NCBI RefSeq assembly: GCF_009914755.1
Contig: NC_060927.1
Source: the human T2T-CHM13v2.0 reference genome, Homo sapiens
Direction: 5' to 3' (one strand)
DNA: 64,000 bases
The notes beneath the pieces were generated by a model. That model was not told the DNA's origin. It saw only the letters and a list, made by a program, of their open reading frames with translations, and searched no databases. Positions 1 through 17,400 of this stretch are shown piece after piece; the first letter of the stretch is position 1; each line of letters begins with the position of its first letter. The position numbers were made by a program, and so were the translations under genes.

Positions 1-390
1 TTACCAGGGACTGGGGGTAGGGGAAAGACATTGGTCAAAGGACACAAAATTTTGATTATATAGAGGGAATAAGGTATCAAGAGATCTAAAGTAAAGATCT
101 GGGATTACACGCCTATAATCCCAGCTACTTGGGAGGCTGAGGAATGAGAATTGCTGGAACCCACGAAACAGAGGTTGCAGTAGGTGAGTATAGTTAATAA
201 AGATGTAGTCCTGAAAATTGGTAATAGATTTCAAGTTTTCTCACCACAAAAACAAATATGTGAAGTAACAGATATGTTTATTAGCTCAATTTAGCCATTC
301 CACAATGTACACATATTTCAAAACAATCTGTTGTACACAATAAATGTATACAATTCTTATTCATCAATTTAAAATTAAATTTTAAAATGT
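1..390 (+). mobile_element. L1MA-type LINE 3' end, interrupted at about 94-181 by an Alu-derived insert
   Basis: Typical L1MA 3'UTR motifs (gagatcta...tatagttaataa...ttctcaccacaaaa...ttagccattccacaatgt). Confidence 0.75.
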
Positions 391-853
391 TTTTAAAAAG
401 AATGTTTTAAAGTTATAGGAAAATACTTAAATGCAACCTATGTTTTTTAAAGGTAGAATACAAATCTATGGATACAGAAGGTCTCAACCATATTTATTTG
501 TGTATGTCACATACATGTTATAGATACATAAACAATTGTTTCTACAATACAAATGCATCTATATGAATGGAAAACGTAAGAAAACAACAATATGTTAACA
601 ATGGTTGTCTCCTAGTGTAGAGTTACAGATAATTTTATTTTCTTCAAATTTCACTACACTTTTCCACATTTTCTTTAATAAGCATGAATTATAATTTAAA
701 TAAATAAGCATAAATTACCTTTAAAATAAGAAAAAAAAACTTAAAGACATTTATTGTCTAGGTTATAAAGAAAATCAGAAAGCCTATAAAATGCAAGCCC
801 TTTAAAAAGTGAAAACAGAGGACATCTTCAATTCTTTTTTGGTCTACAAATAA

Positions 854-1180
<327 letters not shown>

Positions 1181-1994
1181 GAGTTAATTTTTAAAAGCAG
1201 CAATGTATGCTTTTCATGATAATTTTATTAAAATTATTTCACATAATTCCAAAATGGACACATAACTTTTATCGAATAAAATATAAATTTGATGTTGAAT
1301 AAGAAACTCAGAGAGAGAGATCTTTTGACTTAAACACATGTACGTAAATGTCTACGGATTACTAAGTAAAGAAGACACAGAGTAGTGTACGTAACAACAA
1401 TCCCTTCTGTGTAATTCTCTTAAAAATATACACATAATACACAAATGCTGGTGATGTGAACAATAATTTTTGTGGAAGAGATCACAGGAAAGGACAAGCA
1501 CTGCTTCCTTTGGGAACCTGAGGAGGTATGCTTCACTGCCTTTTCTGCCTTTCTCTTCCCTTGCGACTTTTTAACCACTCACATGTACTGTCTTTTTCAC
1601 ATATATATATATAAATAAAGCTTGTCTAAATGCTGAAATTATTATTAATTATTTATTATGAAGAATTATGGGCTTATTTTATTTCCTACCTTATACTTCC
1701 CCTATTTAATTTTTTAAAAATTCCCACAAATTTTTCATTCATTTACCAATTTCAATATTTTTTGATATATTTCTTCCTTCTCATTCTCAGTGTAATAGGG
1801 AGTAATGAGGTGAGAGTGAGGACGGGGTAGTAGGCATTGGAGATTCAAGGAGAAAGGAACATATAGTCATTGGCTGATGTGAATTTTAAGAGAGACCTGT
1901 CATTTGCACTGTTTCCCCCTCCCCTGCCCCCAGCCATATTTAGCCACTCAAAGCAGGGCTAGGGTAGGTGGAGACTTAAATTTAACTAGCATTA

Positions 1995-2333
<339 letters not shown>

Positions 2334-4104
2334 CTAGGTGGAGTAAAGAGAAAGTGAAAAAGCAGAGCCCTGGCAGGGCAGGATGGTGAGCAGAAAGCAG
2401 GTAGGAACAATTAAGTCTCACAGGAGCTGAAGGGTTGTGGGAGTTGGGGAGGAGAGGAAATGAGCTGAAAATCAGGGGTGGTGGGCCGACAAGCGGATGC
2501 TGACAGTAAGGTCAAGTGTTTGACCATGGGAGCAGGCAGCTGATGGGAAGACAGACAAGCTCTTGGGGAGAGAAGCAGCCAGGGAGCTGCAAGGCTGAGG
2601 CACTGGAAGGATCCTTCAGAGGGATATCAAATTCCCCACCAATGATGCAAGAGAGGCAAGGAGAGGCTCTTGGTGAGCCAAGTGCTAAAGGAATGCTGAG
2701 GAACAAAGGCCAATGACCCAGAAATCTGCAGATGACCACAACACAGGGGGTGACACAATATCTTCTCATGGTGCAAACTTCAAAGATGGGAGTTTCAGCA
2801 GGGGAGCAAAAAAGACCACCCACCCTGAGCTAGGTCTGCTGGCTAGGGGGTGTGAAGCAGTGTGTGCCAGCGCTCTCAATATCATTCAGTGATCCCCAAC
2901 AGGGGCTGAAAAAAAGCTCCTACAGCAAACTGGGATACAAATTCATGATATGTTAAAGGAAAAAAGACAAGAATATCTAGGTGGCAACAAATAAGTAAAT
3001 ATATACTATCATGTTTTCAAAAATACAAGAGTGCACTAGCTCTGGCTTTTCTGCAGCTGAAGCCAATATCTATCAATAAACCAGCATTCCTGTACATAAA
3101 AATCTACAGAGGGCAGGAAGTATAACCTTTCATAGTTATTTTTTGTAGAAAACTATAACCACCACAAGCCATCATACTTTCATAAACTAATGAGGCCAGA
3201 ACTTAAACACAACAAAGTCTGCTTCCTCTGATCATTAATCAAATGCATTTTCAAAAGGACATAGGAAATATAGTGAATGTTAGGTTAATACACATCATGA
3301 GCTCTTGAAAATATTTCCTTAATTTACTACTTCCTGTTTCCCAGCCCAATTCAATGGAGGACCAAAAGAAGCATGGTATTCACCACAGAACTTCCCCAGA
3401 GACTAGACTGCTGAAACCTGGAGAGGGAGCTGAGTAAGACAACAGGCTGCTTCTGCCAATAAGAAGTGAAAATAGCAATTATCAGCTGGGTAGTCCTCTT
3501 TTTCCAGGAGTGTTTCAAAGCTTGATAATGGTTTAAAATTACTCTGCTGAATTGTTTCCAAATGCTAGTCTCTTTAAAATATAAGGTGACCAAAACTTCA
3601 TTTTCCTTGGGGGAAAAAAATTTACAAAAAATTAATTCTTGTATTTATGCCTCCATATATAAGAAGTATCCTGAATTTTTGTACCAAAAAAACAAAAAAT
3701 GTCTGTAGGTCAAATAGGCAAACCATGCCCTAGTGCCATTATAAAAATGAAGTCAATGGGAAGCACAGTTCCAATCCCCGCTTCTCCAGTCTGCTCCTTA
3801 AGAACCCTTCTAATGCACAGAGATCACACTAACCCTGGCTGCTATCTCCACACCCACCCCAAGGCAGGCCAGCAGCTCATGAAGAGCTGCCTCAGGGGAA
3901 GCCAAGAAGTTCTTGGCTTGCTGCTACTGGATACAGCTTCTAAAAGTGGACTAAGCTTGAATATCCCAATTAAATCATATCTTTAAAATATGAAAGGACA
4001 ATATGCCTGCCATAAGACAATAGCTACTGCATGAGATACATTTTGAGAAATACTGAAAATAATATTTATCTCCAGATGTACCAGTAAGTCTTTCAAAACA
4101 CAAT

Positions 4105-4426
4105 GCTGGGAGAGGTGGCTCATGCCTATAATCCCAGCACTTTGGGAGGCCAAGGTGGGTGGATTACTTGAGTCCAGGAGTTCAAGACCAGCTCAGGAAA
4201 GATGGTGAAACCTCATCTCTTCGAAAAATTTTTAAAAATTAGCCAGGCATGGTGGCACACACCTATAGTTCCAGCTACATCTGAGGCTGAGGAGGTAGGA
4301 TTGCTTGCGCCTGGGAGGCGGAGGTTGCAGTGAGCCTGATTGTGCCACTGCACTCCAGCCTGGGTGACAGAGCAAGACCCTGTCTCGAAAAAAGAAAAAA
4401 AGCAAAAAAACAAGCAAAAAAAAAAA
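4105..4426 (+). mobile_element. Alu (AluJ-like)
   Basis: Full dimer, gcaagaccctgtctc J-type end, TSD-like cacaatgct on both sides. Confidence 0.9.
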
Positions 4427-6242
4427 TCCACAATGCTAAGTATGTAAATATGAATGGACTACTTCCCTATGTCACCAGAACCAAATAAGCACTATGCTCC
4501 GGACAATTTCACATAATTGTTCTGTGGATTGGGCTACAGAACGTTCATAACTATGCATCCCCACCACTACCACCAAAAAAAAGAAAAAAAAAAGCCCTCT
4601 CAAATAGTTTAGGAAGCCTTTGCCTAAAAAAAAATTAAAAATTATTTTAAAGCAGAAAACTCAAAGGGCTTTAATATGCTAATTTGCAATGTACATTTCT
4701 AAGGGTCTGTAGAATGTTGGATGAGTAGACTAGACCTCATAGCAGCAGTAAGGCACTGTAACTTGAGTAACATTTTTGCTATCTTCTGGAAAAATTATGA
4801 ATTCATAGAAGCAACATTCAACTCTCAACAATTCACAATAATGTGCACAAGAACTGTATGGATAACTAAATCCAGGTCCTGAATTTTAGTCAATAATTCT
4901 CTCCCTTTGCTAGTATTTCATCAGTGCCATTAACACTGAGTATACAAAAGGTGAACACACAGTTAAGGCCAACAAACAAACACAATAAGAAAAATAATTC
5001 AAGAATTCTGGGACTGGGCATGATTCAAACTACGAAAATAGACTGAAGAGAGGCAAAAGACTTTCATTTTATTTCCCTAAACTTCCTCTAATTGGGTGAT
5101 ACCATCAAGAAAAAAACTGCTAAAATTTTTTCAGTATCTTAATGATCTCTACACCAGCCAAGTTATTTTCCATTTCCTAAAGGTGCCTATATTGAAAAGA
5201 CCCAACAGAATACCCATAGAAAAGTCTTTATGGACACACTCAGTGTGGCCTCCTCCCTTGTCTCTGAACACAGAATTACAAGGAGCAGACGAGTTCTCCC
5301 CAATATACATAGAATTTCTGAAAGTCCAAAAAGACTTTTCTGTTGGAAAATCTTGGTAATTCTTTAAAAACCTAAAGCATACTCAGTTAATGTAGGCAGA
5401 AGAAAATACTACACATGAAAAAAAAAGACAGGGAGAAAGAACACAAGACAATTATACCTATCCCAAACAAACACTGTGCCAAAATAATCCAAGGTGGGTT
5501 ACCATAAAAAAATTACTAATTTCAGGCATCAATATGCCAACGCAATGGAATTGTAAATAGAAAAATCATAGTCATGTTAAAATGATGCCTATGCTGTACT
5601 TAAAAACAGGTAAAAAGATGGTGGTAAATAAAAATTCTCATAATTTGCAAATTCATAAATGTGGTACCAAAATTATAGACTTTCTGGAATTCAAGATTCA
5701 AAGTACTCAAATGATAAAAATCTGAAATTGAGCACAAAGGGACCTTTACTGCATTGCTTCCTAAAAATCAGCAACAGTCACTCAACATTTATACTTATAA
5801 ACATCATACTTCACCCTATGATGAACTTTCTAGAAAACCATATCCTCACTTGTTGTGGCAATCTTTTTTTAAAAAAATTCCAAACTAACAATAAAATTGA
5901 GATGCTGACCTCATTTTAACTAGTTACCTCTATGGCATTTTGAAAATCTCTGTTCAGTTTATTATTAATATCAAAGTAAGACTGGAGAAGCTCTGTGACA
6001 AATGTTTTAGCTTTCCCTCTGTATTTCCCTCCTCATTTTATCAACCATATATACTGTAACTACTACTAGCAAGGGAAAAAGATAACATAATTCATGAGCT
6101 AAACAAAAAGAATTTTTGTGAGCAAAAACAGAAGTGAAAGATAATGCAATAACTTTTCATTTCTACTTGTATCCTCAAAATTAAAGAAAAAGCTAAACTG
6201 AGCTTAACATAGAGAAATGCCATCATAAGAAGAGACACTGTG

Positions 6243-6361
6243 GGGGCTGGGTCAGGAGAATCGCTTGAACCCAGGAGGCGGAGGTTGCAGTGAGCCAAGA
6301 TCGCACCACTGCACTCCAGCCTGGGCAACAGAGCGAGACTCTGTCTTTAAAAAAAAAAAAG
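6243..6361 (+). mobile_element. 5'-truncated Alu (right-arm 3' half)
   Basis: caggagaatcgcttgaacccaggaggcggagg...gagactctgtct followed by poly(A). Confidence 0.9.
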
Positions 6362-6732
6362 AAACTGCACATGATTGGACAATATAAGCCGAAGTAAATA
6401 ATAATGATACTATATTCCCAGCATTCCATTTTCACCAGTTTTATTATATTTTTTCATGATGTTTAATACCAAAATCTATGAAAGTGTTTCTGTGGACATA
6501 TTTACCCTATTTGGGCTGTCTCTGAACAAAATACATTATCAGGAGAGAATGTGTTTTCTCCAAATGTCAAATTTTATTACAGTCAACAGATAAAAATATT
6601 AAAAGGTCACTTCCCTAGAGACAAATAAATACCAACAGGATTTTTAAATTACCTCATTCTGACATCAAATTCTACAAACAGTAGAGGAAGTCACAATTTT
6701 ATTAGAAACAAGGAAAATTTCGTGTTACTCAC

Positions 6733-6789
6733 AAGAATAGTTCCATAGCTGAAAAGAAACTCTTCTGTCACAACTTGAGGTCGAAATAC
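6733..6789 (-). CDS. ULK4: ULK4 internal coding exon D (57 nt, phase 0->0): VFRPQVVTEEFLFSYGTIL
   Basis: Acceptor ctctcatcacacag|GTA, donor CTT|gtgagt; 153-nt intron from exon C; in frame. Confidence 0.95.
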
Positions 6790-6942
6790 CTGTGTGATGA
6801 GAGTTTCTACAGATTAAATTCTGGAAGCTATGTACAACGTTAGCTCAATAAAAAAAAAATGTTTTGAGTTGAGGATTCTCAGCTCCAGTTTACAAAGAGA
6901 AGAGGCAAATTTATATCCTTTTCCTCCTCAATACAATAGTAC

Positions 6943-7064
6943 CTGTGAAGTTACGAGGTGAAGCACTACAGGCATCAGGGGGAGACACAACTTCAGCTGT
7001 TTCACTTGAACTGTTGATGGGTGTTTACGTCCAGAAACATTAGCCAAGGAGTTAAGAATGTCAC
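6943..7064 (-). CDS. ULK4: ULK4 internal coding exon C (122 nt, phase 1->0): (G)DILNSLANVSGRKHPSTVQVKQLKLCLPLMPVVLHLVTSQ
   Basis: Acceptor tgtgcttcacag|GT, donor CAG|gtacta; open frame continuing exon B. Confidence 0.95.
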
Positions 7065-7427
7065 CTGTGAAGCACAGCCCAGAGCATATGTGGAGGTTAA
7101 AAACCACAAATACTTAGGAGCCACTGGTCATTGCTTGAATACCCATGGGACTTCTAAGGTAATTAATCTCCAAATAAAATAAGCAGATATACTTATTCAC
7201 AAGTACTGAAATTACAACAGACACTTATGGCCTCCGGGGACAGAATGTGATATTCTGCAAAGACACTATAAATAAACTTAACGTCTCATTTGGAAATGAA
7301 AAATAAAATTTAATAAATTATTATAATAGAGTAATAGCTTTAGAATTTTTTTTTTGTATTTTCCAAATTTCAATCATGAGCACTTGTTGCTTTTGCAAAC
7401 AAGAAAAAATATTTAAAATAATAAATG

Positions 7428-7770
<343 letters not shown>

Positions 7771-8469
7771 TTACAACTATCAAAAAAAAGAGAATAGGTT
7801 GGAGGTAAAAAGAGGTCAATTCCCAAAACTTCTCATTGGATGATAAATCTAACAATAAATAAAACTTGCTTTGTGGACATCAGAATCTTATCGCCATACC
7901 CTAAAACAGGATAAGTCCGGTAATAAAGAATTTAGCTACCAACTGACCAAATTATAGCCTTCAGGTTTGAGGTAAAAAAGCTTACAATCCGAAATAAATT
8001 TTGAGAGGCTCTATTTTCAGTCATCAACAGGCAAAAATAATCTCCTAAAGCATCAGTAAGGGGCAAAAAAGTTGCTGTCAGTTAGCCTTGAAGACATTTT
8101 CATTACTTTGATTTAATGTTCTGAATTCCTGAAACTAAGTACCCTCTACTATAATAGCTTGGATCAAATTTAACATTCTAAACATTTCTGGTTTATAGCT
8201 ACATCTGCTGGAAAAGCATGGAATGGGATTTAAGCTACACATACATGCTCCCAAGGTTATTTTAATTTCTGCAAATAACAATGAAATAAGGTATTTCTTT
8301 AGCTGTAATAAACATCCTTTGCAAATCATTATTAGATGTTTTATCTTAAGATAAATTTTTCAAACCAAAGAAAGTTTCAAACTTTGAACTTTAAATGAAT
8401 ATCAAAATTCCTTAATATCACATTTTAATATTCAAAATTAAAATCCATGCATTTTTATTCTCATTTATT

Positions 8470-8795
8470 GTGGGAGTTAAAAAATGATTATATGGCAGTA
8501 GAAAATGGAAAGACAGATAACAAAGGCTGAGAAGGGTGAATGGATGTGGAGGGATGAGGAAAAAAAGTGGGTCAAAGGGTATGAACATACAGTAAAATAG
8601 AAGAAATAAATTCAGTGTTTGATAGCAGAGCAGGGTGATTATAGTTAACAAAAATGTATTATAGGTGGGTGACGGACACCCTAAATACCCTGGCTTGATC
8701 ACTATGCATTTTATACATATAACAAAATTTCTCATATACCCAATACATTTGTATAAATAAAAGAAAATCTTGTTTCAGCAAGGGAAAAAAAATAA
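8470..8795 (+). mobile_element. L1MA-type LINE 3' end
   Basis: gggtgattatagttaacaa...ccctaaataccctggcttgatcactatgca...aataaa motifs. Confidence 0.75.
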
Positions 8796-9217
8796 ATAAA
8801 ATCTATTCAAAGTTTTTTTAACAATAAATAAATTTGTGCTCTAATTTCAAGAGAAAATTCTTTTCTTCTGATTTAGGCAAAAAAAAACTTACGAAAAGTT
8901 ACCCCCAAATACTAGCATAAGTCCAATTTTAAGCAATTAAACCGCTTTTCTTTTGTATATTTTCTAAAATGGCCAGTTTACCTCGGATCACACCTTAATG
9001 TGGCATTGTCTCATCATGCCTCATCATGTCATTGATGCAAAATAATTACAAAAACAGATAAAGCAAATTTAAATCTTGAAACTACATATTCGTTAAAAAG
9101 TGTCTGCATTTGCCTTCAAGAACAGACAAGTAAGAATAAAAAAGAACTGATGCCTAAAAGCCAAGTCTTAGAAACGTAAAAGCAGAAATGGGGCCTGAGG
9201 ATGAGACTCCAATTTAC

Positions 9218-9351
9218 CCAGGATTCGTGGCAGCTCCTGCACAATGTGACAGATGAGAAGATCCAGGCATTTGGACAGGTATTCATTGCCACTTTGCTGC
9301 TCCTTGCCTGGAGTGGTCTTTCTGCTGTCTCTCTCGATGTACATCACCAGT
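9218..9351 (-). CDS. ULK4: ULK4 internal coding exon B (134 nt, phase 2->1): (R)LVMYIERDSRKTTPGKEQQSGNEYLSKCLDLLICHIVQELPRIL(G)
   Basis: Acceptor ctttcctgtatgtag|A, donor CTGG|gtaaat; lies inside ORF-track entry 9168..9371(-); phases match both neighbours. Confidence 0.96.
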
Positions 9352-10489
9352 CTACATACAGGAAAGTGCAAAGATTACCTCTCATGATAAAACACTTGAT
9401 AGCATCTATCCAAAAATGCCGCCAAGGCAAGTGTTTCCAGAGGGCACCCTCCCAATCATATTGACGTTTAGATTTGTAGCAACTTGTCGGGCACAATTTT
9501 TGCCTCAGAAAACTCAAAACATCTATAAAGAAAGAAAATAAAGCAACTTCAGATCTCTCTGCTAATATCCTGATTCCATTTGCCTTGGCGAATGGAAACG
9601 AACAATATTCTCCAGGTGATAAATGAAAGACAAAGAGATGTCTGGACAGAAGAGGGCTCTTTATGTTTCAAAGGTTCAAAGTAAAGCCACAAGTTAACTG
9701 CATATTTGTTTATCATTAGTATTCAATTTGCTTGGGACCCTAGATAATTCACATGAATTTCAATTGTCTCATCCAAAGAAAATGTTTCATTTTAACACTG
9801 GGTTATACAGATGGCAGACAATATCTAAATATCTGGCTTTTACGTGTCTCTTTATCTACTAGTTTTATGATACCTGCCTTTTAAAGCTAACTTATTTCTT
9901 CTTTCAAACTACTGGCATTCTTTAAACATTCATTTCTGAACCAACCACTTCCAACCCGGAACTAGGGAGTCTACTGGACCATCACCTTAGACATTTAAGG
10001 TGTTACTACAAACTTTTAGGTCCTCTCCACATTTTCTCCCCTTTGCTGGACCTACTAGTCATTTTCTCAAGTTCCCATTCCCCCCAACTCCCTACAGGGC
10101 AACAAGTCCACTGATTTCACCATGCAAAAGGCCCTGTAAGGCAGTCTCCCTGGTTACCATCATCCATCTATCCATTTCTGTTATTCTCACCCATCCACCC
10201 AACTTTTACTTCTCAGGAAGAACTTCCAACCAATTTCCATTGTAAATTGGAGTTTTATACATAATATACATATATACATAAAATGTATTGAAATCTTGAT
10301 ACTTAGCATTTATGTGGCTCTCTCAATAGACTTATGCATGCATTTGCGTTTCCATGTATTACTATTTGCACCCCATCACGTGAGGATGAACCCAAATCAG
10401 GAAGTTAGCCTTGATTCTGTATCAGTTAGCATCTTCTGTTCTAGTCAACAATTATGTGGCTAGAGCCATAATCACTGTTCAACCTACTT

Positions 10490-11775
10490 GTTCTTCAATC
10501 ACCTTCAATCTGGCTTTCTCTCTCATCACTATCTCTAAAGTCACATGACATCAAATCCAATGGGCCTTCATCTGCCTTCAACTACACAAGTCAACAGCAT
10601 TCAATACTGTTGCCACTCCTGCCGTTCCTCTATCATAACCTCATCCTTTATTAGCTTTCTTCTCCAGTTTCTCTGGTTGTTCCTTCTCTGTGTCTTTTGC
10701 TGGTTCATGCTCTTAAATGCTGAAGTCTATCAAGACTGAGTTCTAGGCCCACAACTATCCTCTAACTGTTTAACACAGGCTATCTCATTCCTACCAATGA
10801 TTTAAATTACCACTTATCTATACAGATATCTTCCAATTACATATCTGCAGCTCAAATACGGTATCTAAGTTATATGCCAATATATTCAACTGTTGACTTG
10901 ACATCTGATTTTATCTGTCTTAAAGAGGTTCAAACTCTGTATATCCAAAATAAAAATCATCATCTCACCAAACCTGGTTGTCTTCCAGAGCACAATATCC
11001 TACTGTATAGTATCACTCTCTACCTTATTAAACAAACCAGAAAACTAGGAGAGTCATCCTTAACACCTCCTTTTCTCTCATTTCCCATATTAAGTCAATC
11101 ACTAAATATTCTTCCAACTCTTTCACTTCTCCACTCCAAACCAATAGCAAGCTACCATATTTCCTTCTCCTGGACTATTACAATAGGCTTCTAGCTAACT
11201 AGTCCATCTGCTTCTACTCTGCCACTCTAATCCTTGCACACTCTACATCTAAACTAATCTTGTCCATCAGGTCACTCCCCTATTTAAAACCCTTCCATGG
11301 CATCTCATTGTTCTTCACATAGGAGTTCTTAAAACTCCCTATCATGAACTTCACGGCCTGACCCCCAATTACTTCTCCAGTTTCGTCTTGTTTTCTCTCC
11401 CTCCTGTCACACTGGGTTCTCTGTCTCTTAAATACAGTACCTCCCCATGCAACAAGCTACTGCCTCTGCCTAGATGGCCCTTCTCTTCCCTCTTTGCCAA
11501 TAAATTCATATGCATATTTCATAACTCACTGTACTCTCCAATGATTTCCTTAAATTAAAGCCCTCTATGGTACTGTCTCATAGCATGGAAGGATTACCCA
11601 ACTGCAATTTTAAAAGATATTTTTAATTATCTGATAATGTTTGTCACCCCAGTAAACTTAAAAATACCTAAGGGCAAGGACTATATCTGATTCTTCTCAC
11701 CACACCCTTCCACTTCTGCGCACAGTTCTTAACTCTAATTAAGTGTTCAATACATATTAGCTGAATAAGTAAATA
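10490..11775 (+). mobile_element. L2 LINE remnant
   Basis: Pyrimidine-rich L2 body ending in L2-type 3' terminus (gtgttcaatacatattagctgaataa). Confidence 0.7.
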
Positions 11776-11879
11776 TTGCTGTTGAAACTGCCATAAAGTT
11801 CTATCTAGTTCTCTACAGCAATTCCATCTCATTATTCCCAAGGCCCATTTCTTAATTCTGCTATTTAGTGTGTGCTTGC

Positions 11880-12743
11880 TTAAAATTTATACCGCATATA
11901 AAAAGCTAAAAAAATAAAAAACTTCCACCTAGAAAAAAATACCAGAAGCAAAAAGACCAACTGGAGAAAAATATTTCCATTCCAAATCACAAAATGTTAG
12001 TATTATATATGTACACACACACATGCATGTGCCCCCAGATAATAATTAGAAAAAGACTAACAAAAGAAGAGGAAAAAATGAGCAAGGACTAAGAGAAGGC
12101 AGTACACATAGAAGAAAATATAAATGGTTCAAGAAAAAGACATTCCATTTCGCTCCTAATAAAAGAAATATACATACAATGACATCTATTTTTACCTCAT
12201 GGGGCCAACACTCAGAAAATTTGACAAGACTGCCATCAAGACTCTGAGGATACTGATACTCTAGTTCATTGCTGTTGGAAATGTAATCGAGTATAAATCC
12301 CAGGCAGAGTGAGCTGGCAATAATTTGAAAATTAATAATCTAGTAATTTCATCTCTAGGAACAAAGTATTCAATAGATATACCTGTACACATATGATATG
12401 ACACATACACATAGTTTGCTATTTATAACATCAAAAAATTGGGGTAGGAAGTATTTAGCAAAAGGGAACTGGTTAAATAAAATATGGTACATAATTAGAA
12501 TGCGGCTGTCAAAAAGAAGCAGCCCTTTATACACTACATGAAAAAGCTACAAGATATGTTTTTAAGAAAATAAGCAAAGTTCAAAATAGGGAACTTTCGC
12601 TTATAAAGGGAGGGAAATAATCCATATTCATATTTGCTTAGATTTTTAAAAAATCCAGAGGGATAAATAAGCTAATAAGGATGCTTAATTTTGCATGGTG
12701 GTAATCCAGGGTAATGGAAGCAGATGAGAAATTTTTCGCTTTG

Positions 12744-12774
<31 letters not shown>

Positions 12775-12810
12775 GGTTTTTGAACCATGAGTATGTGTTA
12801 CCTACTCAAA
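11880..12810 (+). mobile_element. Old L1 (L1ME-like) 3' remnant with internal poly(T) run at 12745-12774
   Basis: Degenerate ORF2-end and 3'UTR motifs (cattgctgttggaaatgtaa, ttaaataaaatatggtacat). Confidence 0.55.
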
Positions 12811-12820
12811 GCTTTTAATG

Positions 12821-12823
<3 letters not shown>

Positions 12824-12872
<49 letters not shown>

Positions 12873-13156
12873 GAAACGGAATCTCACTCTGTCACCCCTG
12901 CTGGAGTGCATGCAGTGGCACAATCTCGGTTCAATGCAACCTCTGCCACACAGGTTCAAGTGATTCTCCTGCCTCAGCCTCCAGGGAAGCTGAGATTACA
13001 GGCACCTGCCACCACGCACAGCTAATTTTTGTATTTTTAGTGGAGACCGGGTTTCACCATCTTGGCCAGGCTGGTCTTCAACTTCTGACCTCGTGATCCA
13101 CCCGCCTCAGCCTCCCAAAGTGCTGGGATTACAGGCGTGAGCCACCATGCCTGGCC
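12824..13156 (-). mobile_element. Alu (AluS) with compound (TA)n(T)n tail
   Basis: Full dimer on minus strand; (TA)n at about 12825-12856. Confidence 0.93.
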
Positions 13157-13499
13157 AATGTTTTTAAACATTAAGTAATATTGTTGTCCTACAGAGCCTT
13201 TTTAAAAACATTTTCTAGGAGATATAATGCTCAATTTCCCAGGATACCCTACCAAATAGTAAATGCTGAGTGCAAGGCAAACAGACAGCCCGATTTGTAA
13301 GATTTATGCTTTCCCACAGTGTCAAGTGTCAGGCTGACTTTACAAAAGAAGTAAACCAACAGTACTCCAGCAGTACCCCAAAACTTAATTGTGGTTTGTG
13401 TCCATTACAATTCCTAGATTCTTTCTTTCAGCAGGGTCAAATCTTTTACCTTGACAATATTGAAACAAAGATGTCAACCAAATCTGGAAGCAATTCTCA

Positions 13500-13650
13500 C
13501 CTGTTGCACTTTCAGACAGTGTGATCTTGTACAAATTAAACTCTTACAAACTTCAGTTTTCTAATTACAAAATGGGATAATGCCCGCCTTATAGGACTGC
13601 TGTGAGGATGTAAATGAATGCGGTAAATTCTCAGGAAACGGTAGCTGCTA
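13500..13650 (+). mobile_element. MIR SINE
   Basis: Core motif cttcagttttct...aaaatgggataat...gtgaggatgtaaatga. Confidence 0.65.
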
Positions 13651-13837
13651 TCATCACCACCACCAAACTTGGGATACTGCTTTCTTGAGTACACAAATCT
13701 TAAGAGAAAATCCCTAGAGAAGGCTAACACTCTGTTTTTCATCCCACTCTCTGAATCATGAATCACCATGCTCAAAAGTCCTGCCCCACTTCCCCTGCAT
13801 TTTGAAGAACTGCCTCAACTTATTAAAATGAAAGACA

Positions 13838-14157
<320 letters not shown>

Positions 14158-14289
14158 ATGAAAGAGAGCCTGACATCTCTTCAGAGATTAGAATTTGATG
14201 CCATTAAAATTGTTCTACTCCTTTTGATATAGGAAGAATAGAAACATTTTCTTTAAGGAAATAGTTTTGTCTTCATTAAACATGCAGAA

Positions 14290-17400
<3,111 letters not shown>

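Noticed and set aside
9379-9522. Stop-free alternative frame (VLSFLRQKLCPTSCYKSKRQYDWEGALWKHLPW...) as a coding cassette exon
   Set aside because: That frame needs a phase-1 upstream exon, but exon A ends in phase 2; peptide not recognised. Kept only as a poison-exon candidate.
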